DNA of 64,000 nucleotides from Patescibacteria group bacterium UBA5194 (GTDB lineage Bacteria > Patescibacteriota > Gracilibacteria > BD1-5 > UBA6164), in assembly GCA_002412935.1 (NCBI GenBank), contig DHWA01000013.1, positions 6,954 to 70,953 of the forward strand, in the 5' to 3' direction. Positions 33,817-45,700 of the stretch are shown here, in pieces (position 1 is the first letter of the stretch; the number at the start of each line of letters is the position of its first letter). Made by a program: the position numbers and the translations under genes. Under the pieces are notes generated by a model. That model worked only from the letters and a program-made list of their open reading frames with translations. It was not told the origin of the DNA and ran no database searches.

Positions 33817-34792
33817 ATGAATAAATTCACGTGGTATCAATAAGTACATTGCTTATTCAAAGTTCACCCACTTTTTCATGTAATTCTTTCACATAAAAAA
33901 GTGGCATTCTTACGCAACCATGAGAAGCAGGATTTCAATTTATTGGTCAATCACTTCAGTGAATCCATTCTTTTCAATCAATATGCACTGCATAAGGCAT
34001 AACTGCTCATCATTTTTCAAAAATCTTTTTCTTTATATCTACTTTAGGATATTCTGTTGAATAATGATGTTTATCAGGAGTTTTTTTTCAAGTAGTTTTT
34101 AATCTAGAAGTTTTATGATCAGGTAAGCCTGGTGAAACATAAGTAGCAAGAAATAATTCACCATCAACATAAAAACTCAAAACATTTTTACCATCTATTT
34201 TCGAAACAATAATTTTATTGATTTTTTCATCAATAGAGTCAGGTACTTTTCAAAAAAGATTTTCGTTTATAAGAGTATTTTCTTTATTTAATCAGACATC
34301 TTTTCCATAATAAGTATTTGTACTAAATACATTCAAATTTCTATATAAAGCTTTAGGATATTTTGAATATCATAACATCTCGTTATATATTGAAAGTCTT
34401 TTTTTTGATATTTCATCTAATTTATCCTGATTTTTCGAATAATAATCAAGGTAGATTTGTTTTAAAGTAGCAGATCATAAAACTCAATCTTGAGATTTTA
34501 TAGGAAAACCAAACTCTTTTTGTAGGCTCTTTATCTTATTTGTAAAATCGTCACTATTATCAGAAATACTAAAGAATTTTGTAAAAAAATCTATTTCTAT
34601 TTTTCAAACAGATGAAATAGATTTTTCATATTTTTCATTATTTTTAACATCTAATACATCTTCAACTTTAACTTTAGTAGTATCAATACCAAATTTGGTA
34701 TCGTCATCAATTTCTCAAGCCTTAGTTAAATCTGGTAATAAAAATAAAAATCAAACTCATCAAATTCATTTTAAAAAATCCCTTCTATCCAT
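33815..34792 (-). CDS. L,D-transpeptidase (YkuD domain) with Tat-type signal
   Basis: 325 aa. N-terminus MDRRDFLKGIGGVGFL (twin-arginine motif). Catalytic HGS...ASHGCVRM near the C-terminus. Confidence 0.8.
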
Positions 34793-34896
34793 ATTGTAAA
34801 AACTATAATAGTTTAAAAATTAAAACTTAAACAAAAAAAAAGATATGATGAAAAACATCATATCTTTTTAATCTATTTTGCAACTTTTTTTGATGC

Positions 34897-37800
34897 TATA
34901 TATTCTCAGATAAAATCTCAAATTAGAGGAGCTTGTTTTCTAAATAAATTAGAACCAAAACTTACAATTGTTCAGACATTTATCAAATCATTTTTATTTT
35001 GTATATAAGTTCTATTATTAACAAGATTTTCTATATCACCATACAGACTTCAATTTATTACCAATTTATTATCAGTAGGTTCTGACATAATTTTTCATCA
35101 AATTACTATAAATGTTCAATTTATTTTTGTTACATTTGATGCAATAATTATATTTCATCATTTTACTACAAAAGCTATATTATCAGTATAAGTTATATTA
35201 TGATTAATATATAGATTTCATCATTCTACAATATATGTTTTTTCTCAAGTTCATGGAATATTTGGATTTATAGTTAAACTTCAATTTTTAACGATAAATA
35301 CATTACTTAAACCATTATATTTAGTAAGTGTATCTGATGTAGTTTTATTTCAAGTTGTTTGACTTGTTGTAACTTTTGTTAAATTTGATTCTGTCTTAGA
35401 TGTCTGTCAAGAAGATATCTTTGTTACAGATGTATTATCACTTACATTTTTTGTATAACTTGAAGTACTTCATGTTGAAACTCAAACTCAAACAAAGTTT
35501 TTATTTTTATCTTGATCACTATATCAATCTGATGCAACTTTATTTATATCAGCTGTTACTTTACTATTTTTGATAAGAGAAGTTCATCCTCATACTGTTG
35601 CAATTGCTGGTTTAGATACTCTTACTTTCAAAGGTGTAGAGAAAAATGCATTAGGAAATCATTGTAGAGTAGTTTTTAAAATAGTATCTTTATAACTTGT
35701 ACTATCTGTTATTTTTAATCATTTTATATTTATAGTGTTTCAACCATTTAATGATTCAAAAGTTTTTGAAATTCAAGGACGTAACCATCATATTTTTTGA
35801 GCTGAACAAATTCCTGTAAATCAAGTATTATCAGAATTTAATAAAACAGAACTATCAGTATTATATACACATAAAGGATAATCTAAATACAATTCTTCTC
35901 CAGAATCATTTCATATATAAGGATTAGATCCAAATACTGTAAAAGGATTACTTCAAGCTCAAATAATTACTTGTCAATAAGGTCTAAAAAAGATATTTCA
36001 TTCTCATGGATATGTCAAAATCATTCATAATGCTCATGGATAAGTAAAATTTAAAGTTTTACAATCAACACACCAAAATGGAAATTTTAATATTCAACCA
36101 ACAAGAGATGCTTCACAAACTTCATTTACTCATTGATCATTTGGTCTTTGAATAACTCAATCTCAACAAAATCATTTTCAACCTCCGCCACCGCCTCCTC
36201 CGCCACCTCCTCATGAAGAAAGTTTTATATTACAAGTAGGGCTAGTTACATTTGGTATTCATGATGTTGCTCCATTTCAAACATAACATTTAGGGTTAAA
36301 AGTTGCAATAGAATTAAATACACAAGTAAAGTTTCAAATTCTTGTATTATTTTGTGTAGCAGTTGTTCAATCTCAACATTCTACTTTAACAATTTCAGTA
36401 TTTGCACTTCATATACAAGTTACTCATACATTTGTTCAAATCGGATAAGTATTATTTGCTGTAGCTCAAGATTGTGATAATTCAATTCTTATACAATCAG
36501 GTTGACTTCATCCTGATGATGGAGAACCTCTACTTGCATTACAAGTTACGGTACTAGAATTTTCATTACAAGTCCAACTTGTAGATCATCATTGTAATGG
36601 AAAAACTGGTGGGTTTGGACTTACTATTGCTCAAGTACTACAAAAAGTTAGAGCTCACCAACTAGTAGTAGTATAAGGAAATACATATCATCCTGCTGTT
36701 CAACAAGTAGGTCAACTTGGTATCAAAACAACAGTTGTATCTGTGTCAGTTACAGGTAAATTACTTGTTACTCATACTCAATTTACTGTTGCACTATTTG
36801 TATATCATACTGTTGTATTGTTTCTACTACATATATATTCAAAATATTCGCCTGGTTCCAATATATTATTTGTATGGTTTCCTAATCATCACATTGTAAA
36901 ACTAGACCAAGTTGAAGGATATGTTCCTGGAAGTGTGACACTTCATGCACAATTTGGAGCTACAGCATCTGTTAACACTATATTTTTTAAACTTTCTGTA
37001 AAATTATTTGTTACTCTAATCCTAAATATTGCTCAACTAGATATTCTTACAGTTTGAGTATCATTTCATACAACTCAATCCAAATCAGCTGGATTTGCAT
37101 CTCTTTTATCTATTTGTATCGATGGAGTTGGAGTTGTTCATCATACTATTATTGGTTTTTGACAAGCTACACTCGTAATACTTCAGTTTATTGTACATCT
37201 AGCCGTATATGATCAAGTATTTGTAAATGTATATGTACCAGTATTACTATTTATTGTATTTATAATTATTGCTCCACTATATACATCTATTCTATAACTT
37301 GTTGCATTTGTAGCATTACAAGTAAATGCACTCGTTAATGGAGTATTTCAAGTATTAGGAATTGCTGTTAAATTATTACAAGTTGCTACTGTTTCTCTTT
37401 GACAAGTTGCACTACAACCATCTCAATTTATATTGTTTCAGTCATCACAGATTTCTCAATGAGATAAGTCTAAAACTGAATCTCAACAAAAAGCAGGATA
37501 ATTTAATACACATTCTTTATGTATTTTTTTTGTCCAACTTCAAATATTATAATAATTTATATTGTACTGAGTTTCCCATAATGGATAACTTCTTCAATTA
37601 GTCCTAACTGCCTGTGATAAATTTGCAAATTTTATGAAAAAAATTGGTTGTGATTGTAGTATCAATCAAGAAGTATTTGGTAAAAATTTTATAAATGTGT
37701 CTCAGGCTCAATCAAGGAAAAATTCTCAATTATTATTATTTCAATCACTTAAATTTGAAGACCAAACAAATCATCCTGGTCATTTTTCAATTTCTCAGTT

Positions 37801-38055
37801 AGTGTAAAAAGCTCTTATATTTACAGGATTTGTATTTTCATCAGGATAAATATAATTACCTACACTTCAAGCATTCCAAACATCTGATAGATTTCTTACT
37901 CAATTTCATAAATAGATATTAGTTGTTTCTTTAAAACATTGATTACAGTCTGAACTAAAGTTAGAACTAGTTCAACAACTAACTGGTATTACAGCTCAAA
38001 AAGTTATTTTTGGAACTATAACAATCAAAATTATGAATAAGATTTTTTTATACAT
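34897..38055 (-). CDS. large secreted surface protein with Cys-rich repeats, DUF11-like region and a 12-Gly run
   Basis: 1052 aa. I checked every codon of the frame for TAA/TAG. Signal peptide MYKKILFIILIVIVP. FCGDSVLDLSHGEICDDGNNINGDGCSATCQ repeat. Gly12 encoded at 36178-36213. Confidence 0.7.
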
Positions 38056-38080
38056 ATATAAGTATTAAAAAAATTAAAAT

Positions 38081-38302
38081 TTATTTTCTTTTTACATCAT
38101 TTAAAATCTCTAAATTATCTTTATTTACTTCTATTTCTTTAACTTCAATTACATTATCTAAGTCATTAATTCAAATTCATTTTTCTTGAATATTTTCGAT
38201 TTTATTAAAATTATCAGATTTTTTATTATATATAAAAAATAAAATAAATAGTAATAATATTATAGAAATTATAGTTAAAGAAATGATTAATTTTTTTTTC
38301 AT
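38081..38302 (-). CDS. hypothetical small membrane-anchored protein
   Basis: 73 aa. N-terminal TM segment MKKKLIISLTIISIILLLFILFFIY. Confidence 0.4.
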
Positions 38303-38353
38303 ATTTTTTATATTATATATAGTAAATATATTATGTCAAATGTTTTATTATAT

Positions 38354-41152
38354 TTATCTTCATGGATTATTCGGATCAGTAGAAGGTGGAATAGATGGAG
38401 TAGGTGGTTCTACTGGAATTGGAGTAATTGGTTCAACAATAGGCGTTCATGGTTCTGTAATTGGTTCTGTTGTTGGTTCTTGGCCAGGAGTAGTTGTAGG
38501 TGAAGTTGGTTCAGTTGGTTTTTCTGGTGGTGGTGTTGGTTTTTCTGGTGGTGGTGTTGGTTTTTCTGATTCTGTAGGCTTTTCTTCTTTCTTCTCTTCT
38601 TCTCTATTTCATACATAAGCACCTACTAAATTTACAGTACTATGAATAGGATTATATACATTTATGTGTGAAGCTTCTCAACCTCCAGGTACTTCAGTAA
38701 CAGTAGTCTCTTTTGTTTTAACAATAGGTAATATTCTATCATCAAAACCTTGAGGATCTTTATAATAATTTAATTCTATTGTTCAAGCATCTATTCAAGT
38801 TATTAAATCATTTTTTACTTGTTCTGATATATTTTTTAATCAAGAAATTGTTTTTTTAAATGCTTCGATTTTAGATTTATCTGTTATAGGAACTAAAACA
38901 GGTTTTCAATTAACTGTTAATATACTTAGATTTGTATATAAAGTATCTATTCATTTCACAGTTTTTCATTCAACATTTTTACTAGAAACAGCATCAAATC
39001 AAATTCATTGTATTTTAGTTTCTCAAATTTGTCATTTTCATTTACTTAATTCATTATAATATTTATCTGATTCTTCTTGTAAACTAAAACCAAACATACC
39101 ATCAAAACTTTTTCTTCTATCTTTATCATTATTTATAAATTTGTTCAAGTTTGTATTCCAAGATTTGATATCTCAACCATTAAAATCACTTGCTTTTTTC
39201 ATATATTGAGACAAAGTTGATATAACAACCATTTTTTCATTCTCAGTTTTTACTGTTTCTAAAAATCATTTTAAATCTACTTTTTTAAGAGCTTTAACTC
39301 ATCAAGCCAATTGTTCTAATCATTCCCATCTTGTATTTAAATCATTCTTTGGATCCATAAATTTTAAAGCTCCTTTGTTATAACGAGTTTTTGGTGAAAA
39401 TGCTTTTTCAAGTAATTCCAATTTTGTATTTAAATCTAATTTTCATTCAAAACCTGGTTTCATATAATCAGTTTTTTCACTTGTTGTAGTTGATGTTTTT
39501 TTAATTATAGTTTTTTGTTTCTTATTTCCTTTTAAACCATAAGTATCCTTTTCTTCCCATTTAGTACTATGTTTTTCTCAATGAACCAATACTAAAGGTA
39601 TTGGTAAAAATCCTGCTACAAATAATAATCAAGCTCATCCTCAAGTAAATTGAAATCATTCTGCATTTTGATATAAAGCTCTCTTATAATTTACTAATGC
39701 TCATTCTATTAATGGTTTCATATGTCATCAATTTGCTTTATACATAGAAGCAAGTCTTTCATAGATTATTTTATTTGCTGGTTCATCTTTAAAACTACTT
39801 TGATCAAAAGATTTTCAATCTATAATCTCTTTAGAAACTTTATCAAGTATTTCTGACATTTTCTTTTCTGATTCTTTAATTCATTTTTCTGTTTTTTCAC
39901 TTACTTTTGTAAAATCTATAGCAATAGATTGTCATACTGGAGTTAATCATCCTATCAAAGTAACTTTTGCTGATTTATCAATCTCATTTGGAAATAATTT
40001 TTTAAATTCTCCTATATCTCATTCTTTCAATACTCAAGAAGCTGAAATTATAGGTATAAAATTCACAGCTCATACATCTACTCTCAATCTTTCATTATCA
40101 GATTTATATATATTCTTAGCTATTCAAACTCAAGGAACTCAATCAATTATACCAAAAGACAATGAATCTATAAGTTTTGCTGTTGCTTCTTTTATATCAA
40201 AAGTAACTCAAACTCAAAAACTTGAACCAACCAAAACTCACACAGCTTGTAATTTAATTAGTTTTTTTGTTTCAGGAGGTAATTTTTTAAATCCCTCATT
40301 TTCTTCAAATATTTTATCTACTTCTCTTTCTGCTTCTGTTTCTACTTTTAATGTTTTTGATCTTTCTGTTTCAAATTTTTTCAATGCTTCTGGATCTCTT
40401 ATCATCTCTCAAGGATTTAATGTATCTTTTGATAAAAGCAATGTTCATAATCTATCTTTAAATTCTGATCTTGCATTAAAATAATTATTTTGAAAAGATG
40501 TATTAAATTCTTGAAGTGAAGAATAACCTAAATTTTTTAATAGATTTTCTAATTCTTCTGGTGTTTTTATAGCATCAAAAATTTGTTTTTCTTGAGTTAC
40601 AAAATGAACATTATCATCAAGTAATCAATCTTGATTATAATCAAAGATAATACCCAAGCTATCTTTGAAATCTTTTGATTGTTTTAAATTTAATTGAGTA
40701 TTATACACATTTTCTATTAATTGAATTAATGATGCCATTTCTTCTCATCAAAAAGCTCAATCTGCTTCATATCAATTTTTAATAAACTCATCTTTTAATT
40801 CTCCTATATTAAAGGGAGTAAAAGAATATCATTTACCATCTGAATTTAAATTATTAGCTTTTTGAATTCTATCTATATTATCATAAAAGACTTTTAACTG
40901 TTCAAATGACATCCCCTTAACAAGTGATTCATAAGAAGAATAATTAACTTCTTTTTTTAATCAAGCATAATCAATTTTTCAACCAAAAGTTCAAGTAACA
41001 TATGAATTAGTTTCTTCTTTAGTTTTTAAAGATGCTTCAACTTTTCCTTTATGTTCTAATAAATCATTTTTTGTTTTTTTAATTATTTCAAATGATTTAG
41101 TTGATTTACCTTCTAAACTATCATAATCTCACCCATATACTTCATTACTCAT
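38354..41152 (-). CDS. hypothetical 932-aa protein with internal hydrophobic segments and a Pro/Thr/Glu-rich C-terminus
   Basis: Frame checked codon by codon. No N-terminal signal peptide (MSNEVYGGDYDS). C-terminal repeats EKPTPPP. Confidence 0.65.
38517..38570. repeat. 21-bp tandem repeat x about 2.5 inside the CDS
   Basis: GGTTTTTCTGGTGGTGGTGTT repeated. Encodes EKPTPPP on the minus strand. Confidence 0.8.
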
Positions 41153-41283
41153 AATTCTATAATTAAAATATAAATTTGTTTTTATTTTTATTATTTACTC
41201 TATTATAATATCATATTAAAAAATATTAGTCTATAATTTTAGCTTGACAAATATTATAATATATTTTATATATATTTTTAAAA

Positions 41284-41314
41284 CAAAAAAATCTACCTTG
41301 TTAACAAGGTAGAT
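41284..41314 (-). terminator. rho-independent terminator after the LPXTG gene
   Basis: Perfect 24-nt palindrome ATCTACCTTGTTAACAAGGTAGAT, followed on the minus strand by a T-run. Confidence 0.6.
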
Positions 41315-41339
41315 TTCTGATATATCTAATTACTAAAAA

Positions 41340-42038
41340 TTAACTATTTTTTCTTTTTAACCCAAATAATCCAAGACCTAGAAGTAATGCAATAAGCACT
41401 AGAAGTATATGTTCTGGTCCAGTTTGAGGAAGTTTTTTAACTGGTGCATTTTCTACAACTATAGGAGCAGGTGTAGTACTTGGAACTCCTGATTTGAAAA
41501 GTACACATTCTCTATGTTCAATTTGATCTATAGCAACTTCATTATTTACTATATCATGAGACATAACAGAAAATAAAAGTAAACCTATATTTTGTCATCT
41601 TGCTACAGTATTTTTATCCAATTTATATGCATATCAAGTTTTTGATTCAATCCGACTAACTTGCCCTGAAGGATTTATAACATAAGCTTCTTGTCCAGAA
41701 GAAAATGTAGTTTCAAAATCTTTTGTATATTGCCAAAAGTTGTCAGCAGAAGGAGTTTGAGACCAAGTAACTTTATCTCATCCTAAATTAATCATAGAAG
41801 GCATAGTTTGTTCTTCTTTATATAAAAGTTTAGGATTAGTTGTTTTATTTATAAATATATCATTTATAAATCCAAAAGCTTCTCCTTGTCCTTTTTCTCA
41901 TCCATTAAAACATTGATTACAAGTATTTTGTGCAAATACTGGATCACTATTACATTCTACTTCAGTATATGCAGCTCCAACTGATTGAAGAGTTAATCAA
42001 AATATAATTGCTCCAGTTAATAATTTGTTAGTTTTCAT
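41340..42038 (-). CDS. LPXTG-anchored (sortase substrate) surface protein
   Basis: 232 aa. Signal peptide. C-terminal LPQTG (41418-41432), then a hydrophobic helix and KRKNS tail. Extends track ORF 41340-41564. Confidence 0.75.
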
Positions 42039-42132
42039 AAAAAAATTAAATTAATAATAAATTACTTTGTCATATTAACATCAAATTTACTTATAGTCAA
42101 AATTTTATACTATTTTTTACTATATTTCGACT

Positions 42133-43296
42133 TTACTTTTTCACTATTTTATTCACTATTAATTGTTGGAAGATTGTAAATATAGTAGATATCCCCCAAT
42201 ATATTCAAACTCAAGCCAATAATGAATATGTAAAAACTCAAACCATAGCAGGTAATCAATAAAGCATAAACTTATTTAATAAATCTGGATCTGGCATAAA
42301 ACTACTATAATTTGAAGCATCTTTTTTCTTTTCTAAAACAACTCATTTAGCATTTGATTTATTATTTGCTAGAGATAATTTAACTTGTATAAACTGAATC
42401 ACTGCAATAAATATTCATAAAGATATTCAAGTAACTCATCAAACGCCCAACAAATCCATACCAAAAAAATTATGCCCTATACTATCTAAATTAAAATTTC
42501 ATAATTTATCATATATATAATATACGTTTGAATAATCTTTTATATTTATAAATATACGGTAAATAACTAAAAGTATAGGCATTTGAATAATCAGTAATCA
42601 ACAAGATCAAAATGGATTTACACTTTCTTCCTTATATAATTTCATCATTTCAACTCAAAGTGCTTGTGAATTTCATTTATGTTTTTCTTGAATTGCTTTT
42701 ATTTTTGGTTGTATTGCTTGAAGCTTTCTTTGAGAAAGCATCATCTTATGTTGTGGGTAAAGCAAGAATAACCTAATAATTATTGTTATAGTAATTATAG
42801 CCCATCATAGAGAGTTATTAAAAAGGATAATAAAAAATATCGTCAGATTATACAAAGGCGCATAAATTAGTCATACAAAAATCTTTGAAATAATTCATTT
42901 ATTTTTTATTTCTGTTTGTGTTATATACTCTTTTTTATCTAGTTTTATAAGATAGTTGTATGTTCATTCATTCAAGAATTGATTATAATATTTGTTATAT
43001 TCTATAGTTTCTTTTGTATTAGGTTTTATATCTAAATCTTTACAAAATTCTTTTGGGAAAACCAATTTTTCTCAAGAGTAATTTATAGCTATATCATTAC
43101 AAGTATTTAATTTAACTGATTTATCAGTATTATTTGTTATAAGTAAGCTAGGTGAAGCTGGAATAGTATATGATGTTTTTGAAGATTTAAATGTCAAAAC
43201 TCATGTTGTTGTATTTTCTTTATCCTTAAAAAATACATTTACTACTAAAATAGTAAGTAAAAAAATTATCAGGAAATTTAAAATTTTGTCTTTCAT
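42133..43296 (-). CDS. yidC: membrane protein insertase YidC
   Basis: 387 aa. Conserved core QRKLQAIQPKIKAIQEKHK...MMKLYKEESVNPFGSC..LIIQMPIL. Positioned downstream of rnpA. Confidence 0.85.
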
Positions 43297-43354
43297 TATT
43301 GTATTTAATTAATAAATATTTGTTTTTGAATTTTTTTATCCCATTTATTATTAT

Positions 43355-43459
43355 TGTCATTCCCTAGAAATAGGGAATCTTCCTTATATTGCATCTAATA
43401 TTATAATCATAGACATTTTTAATACAAGGTAGATTATCGGGTCAAGCCCGATAATGACA
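43355..43459. mobile_element. TGTCAT-family element with non-identical (hybrid) arms
   Basis: Left arm is TGTCATTCCCTAGAAATAGGGAATCTTCC. Right arm is TAGATTATCGGGTCAAGCCCGATAATGACA. Intergenic, between yidC and rnpA. Confidence 0.7.
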
Positions 43460-43465
43460 AACTTT

Positions 43466-43915
43466 TTATCATTTTATGTTCATCATTTTTTTCAATAAAA
43501 ATTTCACATCATTATCAAATCAATTTATACTCTCTAAATTATTTTTTTCAAGTTTAGTTTGTTTTTTTAGAACAAAAATTAGGTCATAGTGAATTGATAG
43601 TTTAGAGTTGTCAGTTTGGAATTGTCATTGCGAGGTACGAAGCAATCCATTCTCTATATTGTTTCAAGTTTCCTGGATTGCTTTGCTATCGCTCGCAATG
43701 ACATATGATGTTACCATATCATAAAATCTTCTTCTAAAAAAGTTTCTTTTTACGCTTGAATCTACATTTTTTCATGAAATTATAATTGCAAATCTATTAT
43801 GTTTCAATTTATTTTTATTATAATTCAAAACTAATCAATATGAAAAAAAAGGTTTTCAATATTTCAAAACCTTTTTTACTTCATTTTCCTTCAATCTATA
43901 ATCTTTAGAAATCAT
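43466..43915 (-). CDS. rnpA: RNase P protein component, carrying a 27-codon repeat-derived insertion
   Basis: 149 aa. KNVDSSVKRNFFRRRFYD matches the RNR-motif region. Lies 14 nt downstream of rpmH. Confidence 0.75.
43623..43703. mobile_element. TGTCAT-family element inserted in frame in rnpA (81 bp = 27 codons)
   Basis: TGTCATTGCGAGGTACGAAGCAATCC...GGATTGCTTTGCTATCGCTCGCAATGACA. Read on the minus strand as VIASDSKAIQETGNNIENGLLRTSQGQ. Confidence 0.75.
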
Positions 43916-43929
43916 AAAAGCACTAAATA

Positions 43930-44160
43930 TTATTTTATGTAATTTCCTTTACCATCAAATCTAGCTTTTCTAGGACTTCCTCAAGCTATAATATGCATTT
44001 TAGCTTTTCAGTTAACTTCTTGAAATCTTTTTGGATAAGATACTGTTAATTCATATCTTCATTTTCTTCTTCTATTTCTCAAAACTTTTCAACCGTCTAT
44101 AGTTCTTTGTAAAAAACCATGAACTCTAAGTCTCTTTCTTTTTTTAAATTTTCCTAACAT
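43930..44160 (-). CDS. rpmH: ribosomal protein L34 with an unusual roughly 30-aa C-terminal extension
   Basis: MLGKFKKRKRLRVHGFLQRTIDGGKVLRNRRRKGRYELTV is a normal L34, with the conserved KGR Gly encoded by TGA. The frame then continues for a total of 76 aa. Confidence 0.8.
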
Positions 44161-44317
44161 AAATACTGTAATTAACAATTAATAGTTATACCGCTCCCTG
44201 GTACAGGACAATTAATAATCTAAACTGAAAAATCAGATTTAATATAATTATTAAATTCAGAGCAAATTTTATATATATTTAACAAAAAGTCAAAATAAAA
44301 ATTTTATTTTAGTGAAA

Positions 44318-45538
44318 TTATAATTTTCTTCTTAAAAAAGCAGGAACAGAATCTATTTCTTCTTGCATTTGATTTTTTACTGTAGAAGGTGTAGATGGTG
44401 TATTATATGTATTTGTTTGAGTCATAGGTCTAGCTTCATTTATAGGTTTTCTACCAAAACTTCAACTTCTAAGTAATTCTCATTTTTTTTCTAAGAATTT
44501 TTTATTTGTTTCTTCATTAAATCAAGTAGCCACAACAGTTATTTTGATTTGTCCATCATAATCAGGAACTATACTTGTTCCAAATATTATATTTGCATCT
44601 GGATCTACTGATTCAGTAATAATTTTAGCTGCTTCATCAACCTCAAACATTGATAAATCATTTCATCAAGTTATATTTAGAAGTAATCATTTTGCTCAAG
44701 CTATAGATAAATCAAGAAGTGGACTATCCATTGCAGCACGTGCTGCTTCTACTGCTCTATTTTCTCCAGAACCATAACCTATTCACATCAAAGCTGATCA
44801 TGCATTTCTCATTACTGATTTTATATCTGCAAAATCAAGATTTATAATTCAAGGATTAGTTATTAAATCAGAAATTCATTGAACTCATTGACTAAGTACT
44901 TCATCAACAATTGAGAAAGCATCAAGCATAGGAGTTTTTTTGTCAATTATAGAAAGGATTCTATCATTTGGAATAGTTATAAGAGTATCTACTTTTTCTT
45001 TCAATTCTTCAAATCAATCAATTGCTTTTGCAGCTCTGTTTTGTCATTCAAAAGAAAATGGTTTAGTAACAACTCATACAGTCAATGCTCATAATTCTTT
45101 TGCAATTTCAGCAATAACTGGGGCAGCTCAAGTTCAAGTTCATCAACCAAGACCACAAGTTATAAATACCATATGTGCTCATTCAAGCATCGCCCTAATT
45201 TCATCTCTTGATTCTTCTGCTGCTTTTTTACCTATTTGAGGATCAGCTCAAGCTCACAATCATAAAGTCACCATTTTTCCAAGATTTAGCTTTTGATTTG
45301 CATAAGATGAAAACAATGCTTGTGAATCAGTATTCATAGCAATAAATTCTACTCTTTCAAAACCTCATTGAATCATTCTATTTACAGTATTTGTTCATCC
45401 TCCACCTACTCAAACTACTATTATTTTTGCAATTGGTGAAATTGATTTAGAAATCAAAATTTCTTCTGGTCAGTTATGTTCTATTTTACTTCAATTATTC
45501 ATAAGTAAATTTTTTAATCTATCTTCTCTCTTTATCAT
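44318..45538 (-). CDS. ftsZ: cell division protein FtsZ
   Basis: 406 aa. Tubulin signature GGGTGTG at 45128-45148 has four of its Gly encoded by TGA. NTDSQAL and C-terminal [10 protein letters not shown] peptide. Confidence 0.92.
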
Positions 45539-45674
45539 ATTATGTGTTATTAAAAATTAAATGTTTATTATTAATAGCTGAAAATTTCCAGAGCTCAGTT
45601 TTTTTTTTATTTTTATTCTTTTTTTTCTTCTATTTTTTCTTTCTTCTTTAATCTTTAGTCTTTATCTTATTTTT

Positions 45675-45700
45675 CCTACATTCTATATTCTGCATTCTGC
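45675..45700. repeat. NNATTCT heptamer run (TCCTACATTCTATATTCTGCATTCT)
   Basis: Abuts the ftsA stop codon. Related runs occur at 54391, 55061 and 57811. Confidence 0.5.

Noticed and set aside
38283-38618. Plus-strand Gly/Val-rich ORF (111 aa)
   Set aside because: It is antisense to the Pro/Thr/Glu-rich repeat tail of the 932-aa minus-strand protein. It has no independent support.
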